From a phage, in the NCBI GenBank assembly GCA_027218345.1, contig GCA_027218345.1_3950.1: a DNA stretch of 64,000 bases, one strand, 5' to 3'. The notes beneath the pieces were generated by a model that was given only the letters and a program-made list of their open reading frames with translations, was not told the origin of the DNA and made no database searches. A program made the position numbers and the translations under genes. Of this stretch, positions 1-8,649 are shown in pieces (position 1 is the stretch's first letter; each line of letters opens with the position of its first letter).

Positions 1-232
1 ATCAGGTTTTTCCCACGTCCAGCAAGTGCATTGAGAATAGTTTTTTCGCTTGAAAGCGTACCATCTATCATAGTTGCCGTGTAGTGGTTGATTTTATTCC
101 CGTTGATATCATACTTAAAATTGAATGCGTGAACAACAATTTTATTCCCTTTAAAATTCTCATCAAGTGACTTCTCCAGTGCGTTGCGAAAGTTGTCTTT
201 GTTGATGAATTTAGGTGCACGATATGCCATTT
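1..232 (-). CDS. hypothetical protein, 5' part only (gene runs off window start)
   Basis: ATG at 230-232 preceded by GGAG-like RBS; open frame to window edge on minus strand (MAYRAPKFINKDNF...); not in ORF track because truncated. Confidence 0.35.
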
Positions 233-445
233 TTGAATCTCCAGTTTAGGACTTTATTTAGTGGGGAAGGTCATTCCCTCCCCGTTGATGCAAATACTAG
301 ATAACCACGTTCAAAGAGTCAAGAAAAAATTTTAAAAATATTTTTGGCAAAACTGTAATGAAACGGGCGCACACGACTACCACAAAACAGAACACAAATC
401 AAGAATTATTTCTCAATCCGCTACAAATTTTTCTCTTGACTTTTG

Positions 446-480
446 GGGAGAGGGGGAGTAAGAGGGGGAGAGGGGTTGGT
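446..480 (+). repeat. G-tract run (GGGG-AGA-GGGGG-AGTAAGA-GGGGG-AGA-GGGG), potential G-quadruplex
   Basis: Four runs of 4 or more G separated by 3-7 nt in an otherwise AT-rich non-coding region. Confidence 0.4.
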
Positions 481-499
481 CTGGCTCTCTATAAAAACC

Positions 500-690
500 T
501 ACCTGCACAATCCTAAAATGATTTTTCTTGCCCGACCTGAGTGTGGTCTGCACGTTTTGAAAATGAAAAAGCTCTTTGGAGATTATCTGCACAGTTTGAA
601 AATGAATTTTCTCTTTGGAGTTCAAAATTCTCTCTACAGATTTCTCTACAGAACTCTACCTGCACAATTCTGAAATGAAAAAGCCCTCCT
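500..690. repeat. iteron-like direct repeats (4 copies of CTGCACRNTTYYRAAAATGA..., 25-35 bp)
   Basis: Copies at about 501-532, 550-584, 588-622, 655-688; also tandem TCTCTACAGA at 627-648; non-coding. Confidence 0.5.
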
Positions 691-751
691 TACCTGAAAA
701 ATTTACCAGATAAGAAAGGCTTAGGCTATTGTGAATATACTACAGAGTTTC

Positions 752-1537
752 TTAGTTCTTTGCGTCTAAGAAGGTAACTTCTGGTGAAGAGAAAACTGTC
801 TCGATATCCTCATCAGTTCTTGCATAGATATAAGTATCTGCATCACTGCCAAATGTTACTGCAATCCTGTGATTGCTCTTCGACAGGTGGGTAACTAGAG
901 CGTTACTCAGAGACATCTTTTCAACCGGAGGGTTACTTTGATGTATCTTACCTTTTCTTCGTCTGAAGAGGGTAACTGCGTTATCTGTGAACACTGCTAC
1001 ACCTGCAAAGTATTCTGGTTCACAGTAGTTCTTCCAACCTGAGAGTAACTTGTGGTACATCTCTCCTTCATAGACATATAGATAAACATCTACACTCTTC
1101 ATCACCTGATTGATGATAACTGTGACGGCTTGAGGGTCAAGTCCATCGATACCTGCACCAATCATAGGTAAACCAACTTTCTTCAACTGATTGACTTCAC
1201 AGTATCTGTTAAGCTGCTTCAAAGATGACTCTAAAGCACTGTATCGGGCATCTTTACCAGTATGAAGTTGGGTGTAAAGGTTAGCTATACGACCTTGTTT
1301 TAAACGTGCTACAGAGAAATTACCTAGTAAATTTTCACAGGGTTTGTGGCGAATGCCACCTGCAAACAGGTAAACTTCTGTGTCAGTATCATACACTTTT
1401 GGATAACGCTTAGAAATAGTTGCTGCAATACCTGCACCCATGAAATTCATACAGTTGCAACCATGACCAATGATGTCAAACTTACCTTTATCAAATGCGT
1501 CAAATATATCGCCATTGATGATTTTTACAATACCCAT
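752..1537 (-). CDS. macro-domain protein (TARG1/DarG-like ADP-ribose hydrolase fold) with about 100-aa C-terminal extension
   Basis: N-terminal GDIF..DIIGHGCNC..MGAGIA and later PMIGAGIDGLD resemble TARG1 GDLF..LAHCIS.DCRMGAGIA / PRIGCGLDRL. Confidence 0.5.
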   Translation of the reverse strand: MGIVKIINGDIFDAFDKGKFDIIGHGCNCMNFMGAGIAATISKRYPKVYDTDTEVYLFAGGIRHKPCENLLGNFSVARLKQGRIANLYTQLHTGKDARYSALESSLKQLNRYCEVNQLKKVGLPMIGAGIDGLDPQAVTVIINQVMKSVDVYLYVYEGEMYHKLLSGWKNYCEPEYFAGVAVFTDNAVTLFRRRKGKIHQSNPPVEKMSLSNALVTHLSKSNHRIAVTFGSDADTYIYARTDEDIETVFSSPEVTFLDAKN

Positions 1538-1738
1538 TTAACATCTCTCCCAAGATTCTTTATCTTCTGAAGGCTTTACACGTTGCCCTTCGTGGTCTAC
1601 CCAGATACATCCACAACCTTCACAGATTACTGGCATTGCATAGCCAGCTTTAAAGTCATCTTCAGTGATAAGACCTTTTAAGTCTCCTGTATCACGCCCG
1701 AACATTTCGATAGCACAATCTTTGCAGAAGTCAGCCAT
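1538..1738 (-). CDS. small Cys-rich (zinc-ribbon-like) protein
   Basis: ORF 1538-1816; probable start at internal Met (MADFCKDC...CEGCGC); CxxC pairs. Confidence 0.3.
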   Translation of the reverse strand: MADFCKDCAIEMFGRDTGDLKGLITEDDFKAGYAMPVICEGCGCIWVDHEGQRVKPSEDKESWERC

Positions 1739-1958
1739 GAATAATTGCCTCTTGAATGATGATACCTTTGCCACAACGACTTTTGAAGTCTTCCAATGGT
1801 TGTGAGATGAAGCCACGCAAGCAATAACTAAATGCTAATTTTTCCCTGTAGGCTATCACATCATTTGCTGTAAATGGAATCACTTTATTTCTTCCAATGA
1901 ATACTGCTGAACGTACAATCTTGCGGGTCTTTTTATCTCTGGCTAGTATTACTTTCAT
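1731..1958 (-). CDS. hypothetical protein
   Basis: 75-aa ORF in co-directional gene array. Confidence 0.3.
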   Translation of the reverse strand: MKVILARDKKTRKIVRSAVFIGRNKVIPFTANDVIAYREKLAFSYCLRGFISQPLEDFKSRCGKGIIIQEAIIHG

Positions 1959-2259
1959 AGTTTACCTTCTCAGTTAGCTCATACAAGTCAACATGCTCAA
2001 TGCTATCAATGTTGATACCAATCTTTTTGAAGCGTTCTATCACTTCGTTGTCAGTCATCCATATCAGACACCAATGATTCTGAATGGATTCTTCAAGAAG
2101 GTCAACACAATCTTTAAAAGTTTTTGTATCACTTCTTGTTCCGACTACTGCGATTGTCCCATACAACCACTTACCATTACCATAAGATACTTGTGCTACG
2201 CCAACTTCTTTATCTTTCTCGTAGTAAACGGCTACAAAGTCTCTTCCATTAATCTGCAT
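1933..2259 (-). CDS. hypothetical protein
   Basis: 108-aa ORF, tightly packed with neighbours. Confidence 0.35.
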   Translation of the reverse strand: MQINGRDFVAVYYEKDKEVGVAQVSYGNGKWLYGTIAVVGTRSDTKTFKDCVDLLEESIQNHWCLIWMTDNEVIERFKKIGINIDSIEHVDLYELTEKVNYESNTSQR

Positions 2260-2261
2260 AG

Positions 2262-2534
2262 TTACTTCCTCGTTTTAAGAACTGCTAAGATTTCTTTAGA
2301 GTCTGGTAAGAACCATGTGTAGTGATTCTCTTTGATTTCTGGATGAGTGTCAACCTTTATTTTGCACTCTTTACCAACATGCTTAAGCTGTGCTGTGATA
2401 CCTTGCATAAAGATGTGACACATTACATTATCCATAATCGTAGGTAAGAAATCAATCCTCATGTAAGTATCTTTCGGTCTCGGTAGAAGTAAGTAACCTT
2501 CTGTGTAGAAAGTTTCATCATTACTTTGTGTCAT
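2262..2534 (-). CDS. hypothetical protein
   Basis: 90-aa ORF; stop abuts next gene. Confidence 0.35.
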   Translation of the reverse strand: MTQSNDETFYTEGYLLLPRPKDTYMRIDFLPTIMDNVMCHIFMQGITAQLKHVGKECKIKVDTHPEIKENHYTWFLPDSKEILAVLKTRK

Positions 2535-2800
2535 TACTGCTTATTCCCTAATAAAATCATATCAATCAAGTTGTTAGCTTTCATAGTACACTGATAGTAC
2601 CCGTCACGATAAAACTCAAGGGCTTCTGATAAGTCTGCACCAGTGTTACCTTTGACAGCATATCTTACATCTTCCTGAGTGTACTTATCACTTTCACTTA
2701 CTTGGGAGTTTTTGAATGTATTGCTCACTTTGTTCGTTGAACACCCTGACATAGTTATCAGTAACACAAACATTATAAAACTCTGGCTTAGTCTTTTCAT
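2534..2800 (-). CDS. outer-membrane lipoprotein, candidate o-spanin
   Basis: Signal peptide with lipobox LITMSGC; start overlaps 3' end of upstream TM protein gene in another frame. Confidence 0.45.
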   Translation of the reverse strand: MKRLSQSFIMFVLLITMSGCSTNKVSNTFKNSQVSESDKYTQEDVRYAVKGNTGADLSEALEFYRDGYYQCTMKANNLIDMILLGNKQ

Positions 2801-3041
2801 ATGTCAGTACCTCTTTTGTGTGCTTATTCTTAGCAAGCACGTCTTTCAAATCATTTTTGTAATTGGTGCTCAGTGTAGCTAATCCTTCCTGATAAGCATC
2901 TTTAGCAACACTTATTAGCTTCTGGTTGTTTAGCTCAGTTTCAGCAACTTGGTAGTCTCTATAAGAGTATCCTCCCCAGACACCTGCCCCAACTAAGAAA
3001 ACAATTATGAAAGTAGCTTGACAGAACTCTTTAAATGTCAT
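2694..3041 (-). CDS. N-terminal-anchored membrane protein, candidate i-spanin
   Basis: Single N-terminal TM segment (FIIVFLVGAGVWGGYSY) then periplasmic helical domain; overlaps lipoprotein gene. Confidence 0.45.
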   Translation of the reverse strand: MTFKEFCQATFIIVFLVGAGVWGGYSYRDYQVAETELNNQKLISVAKDAYQEGLATLSTNYKNDLKDVLAKNKHTKEVLTYEKTKPEFYNVCVTDNYVRVFNEQSEQYIQKLPSK

Positions 3042-3060
3042 TTAACAATCTCCTGAAATG

Positions 3061-3082
3061 AAAAAGGCTCCCGAAGGAGCCT
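3061..3082 (-). terminator. rho-independent terminator (AGGCTCC-CGAA-GGAGCCT hairpin, U-run on minus strand)
   Basis: Perfect 7-bp GC-rich stem with tetraloop; A-run on plus side means U-run in minus transcript. Confidence 0.55.
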
Positions 3083-3093
3083 GTATCTTAACC

Positions 3094-3558
3094 TTAACCG
3101 AGGACTTTAGCAAGGATATTCGCAGCCATCGAAGAAGCTTTTGCAGCAGCAACTACGCCAGCTTTGACAGTGCTATCCTTAATAGCAGATACCGTTGCAG
3201 CATCAGTAAAGAGATAAGTGATTGTTTTGGAACCACTTGTAAAGGAAAGCATAAGGGTAGTTTCCAGATTGAAAGAGCGATACGGAGCACCTTCTTTAAC
3301 GATACCTTCAGCACCTAACTCTGAAGCCTTACCCATATCATAGATAGTCATCAGGTTTTCTTTGTGTGCAGTCGTTGAACCAACACCTTTTACGTGCTTC
3401 TTAACGTTCAACAATGCACGATATTCACGAATGCTGCCATCAGCTTTTACATTAACAGCACGGAAAATTTTACCTTCAAAGTTACCTTGAATCATTTTAC
3501 GAACTACTTCAGATTTGTTTGCCGTATCGTCCAGTGCTACCGTAATGATATTGTTCAT
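3094..3558 (-). CDS. hypothetical protein
   Basis: 154-aa ORF with hairpin terminator downstream. Confidence 0.4.
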   Translation of the reverse strand: MNNIITVALDDTANKSEVVRKMIQGNFEGKIFRAVNVKADGSIREYRALLNVKKHVKGVGSTTAHKENLMTIYDMGKASELGAEGIVKEGAPYRSFNLETTLMLSFTSGSKTITYLFTDAATVSAIKDSTVKAGVVAAAKASSMAANILAKVLG

Positions 3559-3568
3559 AAGTTTTCTC

Positions 3569-4264
3569 TCAATGTTTAACTAACATGGTTTTAATGTGTG
3601 GAAGGATTCTGTTTACCTTCTGAACATTCTTCTCTGTATCTTCTATAAAGCATACTATATTAAAGTAAGGAAGAATGCAAGACTGAATCATCCTCACTTT
3701 CAAACTTTCTGCACTTATAGAGTTAGCTCCAAAACCACGCATAAAAAGCATGTAATCATGCTCTATGTAATGCCTTAAAAACATCTCAGTAGGTACTCTC
3801 TGAGATTCACCTCTCGCTGTCAAGAGTCCAATAGTAGCATGATTAGAGATTGCATCAATAATATTGAAAACATACGTTGGTTTTGCACTTACAGAATCAA
3901 GCAAATTAGTGTACTGTGAAAATGAACCATCAATCAGTTCCGTTGAGCAATCTTCGTGATTAAAATTTGTAAGAACACCATCAATATCTGCTAAGATGAG
4001 GTTACCTTTTTCTACAAGGTCTTTATTGACTATGACTAAACTGTCACGTCTTACACCTATAGATTGCCCCGTCTCTTTATCCACAACGTTCACAATCGGT
4101 TCTGAAGTGTGGAACTCTTCAAGTGAACATACAACTTCTCTTGCAGTGTCTTCAAAATCCCTGCACTGTTCTGGAGTCCATACACAGGAATCAAGACCTA
4201 ACTCATGAGGATGTAAGTCATAAGCATGACACAGGACTTCATCAGACTTTCTTAATTTTTTCAT
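3569..4264 (-). CDS. hypothetical protein, possible HAD-type phosphatase/nucleotidase
   Basis: DIDGVL (DxDG motif I-like) and LLTARGE; weak assignment. Confidence 0.3.
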   Translation of the reverse strand: MKKLRKSDEVLCHAYDLHPHELGLDSCVWTPEQCRDFEDTAREVVCSLEEFHTSEPIVNVVDKETGQSIGVRRDSLVIVNKDLVEKGNLILADIDGVLTNFNHEDCSTELIDGSFSQYTNLLDSVSAKPTYVFNIIDAISNHATIGLLTARGESQRVPTEMFLRHYIEHDYMLFMRGFGANSISAESLKVRMIQSCILPYFNIVCFIEDTEKNVQKVNRILPHIKTMLVKH

Positions 4265-4790
4265 GGTTTACCTTAGAAATGTTTGTTGCAAATTCACATT
4301 GAGCAATAACTTTCATGTTGTTATAGACATCTTGAGAATATTTCTTAGCTTTAGGGATTCTGTACGAATACCCAGCATTATATGATGCTAAAACTTTTTG
4401 TAAAGTCTTCTTTGACTTTGGCTGACCATGCACCTTTGTCCAAAACTCAAGTTCTTTGTGCGTTTCCTTTGCAGCATAGTCAAAGTCTTTTAAGAGTTTC
4501 TTTTTAGCCACATTAGGACTAATTTTGTTACGCTTTACAACAGTCTTCAAGTGATTCTGGAAAATACCATAATCATGTGTCTTTTTATTCTCTACCTTCA
4601 GACCTAACTCTGACTCTTGTAAGGCTATAGCAGCTAGAGTGATACCCCAACCTTTACCCATGTTATTCTCACCATACTGGTAAGCTTTTAACATGTTTAC
4701 TTTTTGGCTAATTGATAGCTCTGGGCAGTCAACTGCATAAGATAAGTGTGCTGTAAACATTAAGCACAAACCTAGAATCAATTTCTTCAT
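4242..4790 (-). CDS. secreted lytic transglycosylase (SLT-domain) protein, candidate endolysin
   Basis: N-terminal signal peptide MKKLILGLCLMFTAHLSYA; SLT-like catalytic region LQESELG...YGIFQ. Confidence 0.5.
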   Translation of the reverse strand: MKKLILGLCLMFTAHLSYAVDCPELSISQKVNMLKAYQYGENNMGKGWGITLAAIALQESELGLKVENKKTHDYGIFQNHLKTVVKRNKISPNVAKKKLLKDFDYAAKETHKELEFWTKVHGQPKSKKTLQKVLASYNAGYSYRIPKAKKYSQDVYNNMKVIAQCEFATNISKVNHEKIKKV

Positions 4791-4856
4791 TGGTTCTCCT
4801 GTTTAGTTTATCGTGACAACAATTATACAGCACTCTGCACAAAATACAAATAAAAA

Positions 4857-4878
4857 AGGCCGCCGAAGCAGCCTTTTA
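4857..4878. terminator. weak hairpin flanked by A-run and T-run (possible bidirectional terminator)
   Basis: AAAAAAGGCCGCCGAAGCAGCCTTTT between rIIB-like gene and transglycosylase gene; stem imperfect. Confidence 0.3.
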
Positions 4879-4890
4879 AGAAATTACTTA

Positions 4891-6000
4891 TTAGATTTCA
4901 CGTTTACGTTGAGAGATGAGTTCACCAGCAGTGCCAACGATGACATGCAAAGCTTCAGTCTTACCGTCCCATGCTTCCAGCACTTTACGTTGATTATCAA
5001 CGATTGCTGCAACTTCATAACGAGAGGAACGCATCTTCATATCGTTGTAATCAGTTGGTACGGATACAACGTCTCGTGGATGGACACGAACCTTCAGAAT
5101 TGTATCACCTGAGAAGCAACGAACATAATCCCAAGCACCAACGTGAAGACCTTGAGAGCAAGTCACGTTACGGTTATTATCAACCATCCAACGTGGCATT
5201 TCTACAACGTTACCCAAATCATTAGGTACTCTGTAGGTGTGAGAGTCAACCAGCTTGCCTTCACGAGTAGAGACTTTCTTCCAACCAATGATGTAACCTT
5301 CTTCATCAATTTCAACATCAAGGTGAGATACAAATCCCCAAAGTTGTTCTACGGAATCTTTAGATGGGTTTTCCATCAGCTTTTCGAAGAACATTACAAG
5401 GCGTTCAAAACCCTTATCTCCAGTCTTCATCATGTGAAGAATACGGTCAACCAGAGTAGAACGCATCTCAACAGCACCGTAGAATAACTTATCACCTTTG
5501 ATTGTGATAGCACCCTGAGTGAAGTTTTCGATAGACTTACGAATGTTCATCAGTTCAAAGGCTTTCTTAAACTCACCTTTCACAACATGAACTACAATCT
5601 CTTGATAGTTCGGATGAGTAGACTCAACAATTTCAGACTCTGAACCATAAGTCATAATTACAGAGTCACCAGTAATCATGTACTCAATCTTGTCATCTTT
5701 CTGCATAGCTTCATGTAGTTTATTTACTGGAGCTTTCTGTACAGACTCTTTAACAACCTTTTCAACTGGTTTGTCAGCTTTCTTTTTAAAGGTCTTAGCA
5801 ACTTGCTTCAAAGTCTTCGTAGCTGGTGTAGAAGTCGCCTTCTTATTCCCTTTTAAGGTTGCTTCATGACGCTCTACAGCACGACCGACTGAACGGGTTG
5901 AGGTGTTAAATTTCTGTGCAATAGCTGTTTTAGTCAGCTTGCCCTCTTTAACCAGTTTGTAAATTTCTGCGTCAATCTGTGCTTTAGTTTTAGTAGTCAT
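4891..6000 (-). CDS. rIIB: rIIB-like protein with N-terminal HTH
   Basis: 369 aa, lies immediately downstream of rIIA-like gene; N-terminal helix-turn-helix-like segment and Lys-rich linker; identity by synteny. Confidence 0.4.
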   Translation of the reverse strand: MTTKTKAQIDAEIYKLVKEGKLTKTAIAQKFNTSTRSVGRAVERHEATLKGNKKATSTPATKTLKQVAKTFKKKADKPVEKVVKESVQKAPVNKLHEAMQKDDKIEYMITGDSVIMTYGSESEIVESTHPNYQEIVVHVVKGEFKKAFELMNIRKSIENFTQGAITIKGDKLFYGAVEMRSTLVDRILHMMKTGDKGFERLVMFFEKLMENPSKDSVEQLWGFVSHLDVEIDEEGYIIGWKKVSTREGKLVDSHTYRVPNDLGNVVEMPRWMVDNNRNVTCSQGLHVGAWDYVRCFSGDTILKVRVHPRDVVSVPTDYNDMKMRSSRYEVAAIVDNQRKVLEAWDGKTEALHVIVGTAGELISQRKREI

Positions 6001-6043
6001 CTTATTACTCTCTCTTGTCAGTTAATAATCATTTTGTGATGCT

Positions 6044-6074
6044 ATTTTAAGGGGCTTTGAAGCCCCTTGTCAAA
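6044..6074 (-). promoter_or_regulatory. candidate sigma70-like promoter with GC hairpin in spacer (TTGACA-N19-TAAAAT)
   Basis: Minus-strand TTGACA at 6069-6074, TAAAAT at 6044-6049; spacer contains GGGGCTT-CAA-AGCCCC hairpin; upstream of rIIB-like gene. Confidence 0.3.
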
Positions 6075-6078
6075 TACT

Positions 6079-8445
6079 TTAATCGTAATCTGTTGTACCT
6101 TCTGGAACACATTTTACATCAAAGCCTAAGAACTTACTCACTTCGATGGGTGACACTTTATTCCAATCTAAATGAGAAAGCAAGAAGTTTTCTTGTTTTC
6201 TTTTTGAAAGGTAGTTTGTCACCTTAATAACCATACGGTCACCAGCTTTCTTAATTTTCTTGTACAGCTTTGTATCATTGTCAAGACAGTCTTTCAAAGT
6301 TTTCAATACACTAATGGTATAAGTGTATGCAAATGGTGCAGCAACGTATTGGATTTTACCGAACATTGCCTCTACAGCCTCTTCATTTCCTTCTAGGAAG
6401 ATAGTTTTGTTTGTATCCCTTGAATAACAATACCCGCGAGAAATCTTCCTGTTATTAAACGTAAAGTCTCTGGCAATAATCCAACTGCTTGTAAGGTCAA
6501 GGACACCATTCATATAGATACGCGTCATATATCTGTTATGGTTAATCCAGTGAACATCAGTTAAGCTGTCGTTCAAGAGTTTCTCATCTACTTCAATCCA
6601 ATCTTCTGGTATCTTTTTCCAATTTGCTTTTCGGAAAACATAGACTGTCTTACCTGTAACATTAGCAACTGACTTAGCTACATCTTCTGGAGATGAGCAA
6701 AAACATTCACCATCAACTGTGTCACCAATTGCCTTAATGTAAAGCTGAGGTTCTTCAATTGTGTCTAAGTCCTCTGACACCTCTTTGTAGGAGGCTACAC
6801 CTTCTGCTGGAACAGCTTTCCAGAGTTTTACAACACCTCTTACAGCTTCTTTACGCTGATAATGGTGTTCCTTATCAGACATCTTCACAATCTTTAACAA
6901 ACTCTTATCAAGTTTGTGTAGATTGATTAGGTCGTCTAACTCTTTCTCATTAGAGAATACGAAGACAATACCGTTGTATCTGTGAAACAGACTTGACTCG
7001 CTGGCATAGTCTCGACATGCACCACGTAGAATCTGGTTGCGTCCTACAGTCTTCTCAGTACCGTTTTTATTGCGACGGTCATTAATCACGAACAAAAACT
7101 GTTCAATTTGGCTTTTACGCATTACACCAAAGATATTGAACATACTTGCCTCTTGAGTGTAGGAAAGTGCTGTTGCACGAATCTTACTCTCTAAAGAGTT
7201 GAACTTGACATAAGCAACTGGGTTATAAAGATAATCTACTTTAGGGATATTGTTCCCGTTCCTATCAACCTTAATATTGCCTTTACCGTCACGTTCATAA
7301 ATGACTGAGCCGTCTTCTGCGTAGATAATCCCACGACGAATGTTTAGCAATTCTTCTTCCAGAGAATCAAGCTTAACGCCTCCCCACTCTAGCTTTGGAC
7401 ACACAGCATTAAACATCTCTCGTGAGTTCAAACGTAACTCAGCATAAGCCTGTGCAGCATCCATGAGTGTAGGTTGGCTATTAACTTTCTTGATAACATC
7501 CTTTGTAATGGCTTCAGTTATCTTTTTAGTAGCCTCAATGATAACATTTTTTGTAGTGTCATTCATCTGCAATGCTTCACGAGAAGCTGCAATAGCAACT
7601 GAACCAATAGGCATGTAGATGTTTACAAGGTCTACGCTCCTACGGAAAAATTCTGGCAATACTTTGAAGAAATCATCTCCAAGTAATGCTTCCATGTTAA
7701 CAGGGTAGGCAATGTTACCCATCACCACATTAAACTCTGTTCTGTTAGCGCCAGAACGCCAGCTTTGCTTATGAATCATGGCATCATAAACACCTTCTTC
7801 ACGGGCAATGACGTTCATATCTGCTAATACATCGTCGTACTCAATATTACTTTCTGGTTTTACAGTGAAGTATGAGTACACATTCCCAGCTTCTTCAAAG
7901 AACTTTGAGATACGGTGGTCAGCAACTGCCACACGTACAGCTAAACCATTAGGTTCTTTTGTTGGGTTAGTTGTCAGCTTAGTTACTTGAGGGATACCAT
8001 TCTCAAGATAAACAGAGTACTTATTAACAACACCGTCAACATAGCTAGATACTGTGAATGACTGAGCAATTGCAAATGGTGACTTTGAGCCGATACCCAT
8101 TGCACCAATGTAGTCATTAGAGTCATTCTTCGTAGAAGCTCCATAGTTTAGGTACAAACTCATAACTTTATCATGAGTCAATCCAGTTCCAAAATCACGA
8201 ACTTCGAAGTAAGGCTCAAAACGAGTAGGTAAATGCACATGGAATGGAATGTTCTCTTTTCCAGCTTCTTTCTGAGCATCTACTGCGTTACATGACAGTT
8301 CACGAATCACTGCCCTTTCTTTAAAGGTGTATACACCAGAACTCAAAAGGCTGAACATCTCAGGTGTCATTGTAATCTGTGCTTGAGATGTCTCTAAAGA
8401 AGTTGAACTCTTAATCACTTCTGCGTGGTCATTTACCATGCGCAT
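6079..8445 (-). CDS. rIIA: rIIA-like protein (GHKL ATPase-like N-terminus)
   Basis: 788 aa; N-terminal IRELSCNAVDA resembles Bergerat-fold N-box; size and pairing with rIIB-like gene; RBS AAGAGGAAA upstream. Confidence 0.55.
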   Translation of the reverse strand: MRMVNDHAEVIKSSTSLETSQAQITMTPEMFSLLSSGVYTFKERAVIRELSCNAVDAQKEAGKENIPFHVHLPTRFEPYFEVRDFGTGLTHDKVMSLYLNYGASTKNDSNDYIGAMGIGSKSPFAIAQSFTVSSYVDGVVNKYSVYLENGIPQVTKLTTNPTKEPNGLAVRVAVADHRISKFFEEAGNVYSYFTVKPESNIEYDDVLADMNVIAREEGVYDAMIHKQSWRSGANRTEFNVVMGNIAYPVNMEALLGDDFFKVLPEFFRRSVDLVNIYMPIGSVAIAASREALQMNDTTKNVIIEATKKITEAITKDVIKKVNSQPTLMDAAQAYAELRLNSREMFNAVCPKLEWGGVKLDSLEEELLNIRRGIIYAEDGSVIYERDGKGNIKVDRNGNNIPKVDYLYNPVAYVKFNSLESKIRATALSYTQEASMFNIFGVMRKSQIEQFLFVINDRRNKNGTEKTVGRNQILRGACRDYASESSLFHRYNGIVFVFSNEKELDDLINLHKLDKSLLKIVKMSDKEHHYQRKEAVRGVVKLWKAVPAEGVASYKEVSEDLDTIEEPQLYIKAIGDTVDGECFCSSPEDVAKSVANVTGKTVYVFRKANWKKIPEDWIEVDEKLLNDSLTDVHWINHNRYMTRIYMNGVLDLTSSWIIARDFTFNNRKISRGYCYSRDTNKTIFLEGNEEAVEAMFGKIQYVAAPFAYTYTISVLKTLKDCLDNDTKLYKKIKKAGDRMVIKVTNYLSKRKQENFLLSHLDWNKVSPIEVSKFLGFDVKCVPEGTTDYD

Positions 8446-8472
8446 AATACTTTCCTCTTAGTTTACTGTTAA

Positions 8473-8649
8473 ATTACTTATTAAACATTTTACCAGAACC
8501 ACCACACATAGGGCAACAACCTGCTCTTGTATACCCTTCTCCGTTACAGTAGTCACACTTCTTGTGTTCTGCAAAGTACTTACAAAGAAGATAAACAAGG
8601 ACTGCTACACTACCAAGTGACAGTAAAATTTCTATCCAATATGCTTGCA
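8473..8649 (-). CDS. small membrane/zinc-ribbon protein (58 aa, below track cutoff)
   Basis: ATG ORF MQAYWIEILLSLGSVAVLVYLL...CDYCNGEG...CCPMCGGSG; one TM plus CxxC...CxxC. Confidence 0.3.

Noticed and set aside
413-673. Track ORFs 443-673 (+) and 413-625 (-) in the first non-coding region
   Set aside because: They are translations of the G-tract and iteron repeats (low-complexity, Gly/Arg- or Lys/Phe-rich), with no RBS context; treated as non-coding repeat region.
233-751. Possibility that the repeat region is a cos/pac site adjacent to terminase
   Set aside because: The terminase gene lies at the opposite end of the window (62052-63668); adjacency cannot be judged from a linear window, so only the generic origin/regulatory interpretation is retained.
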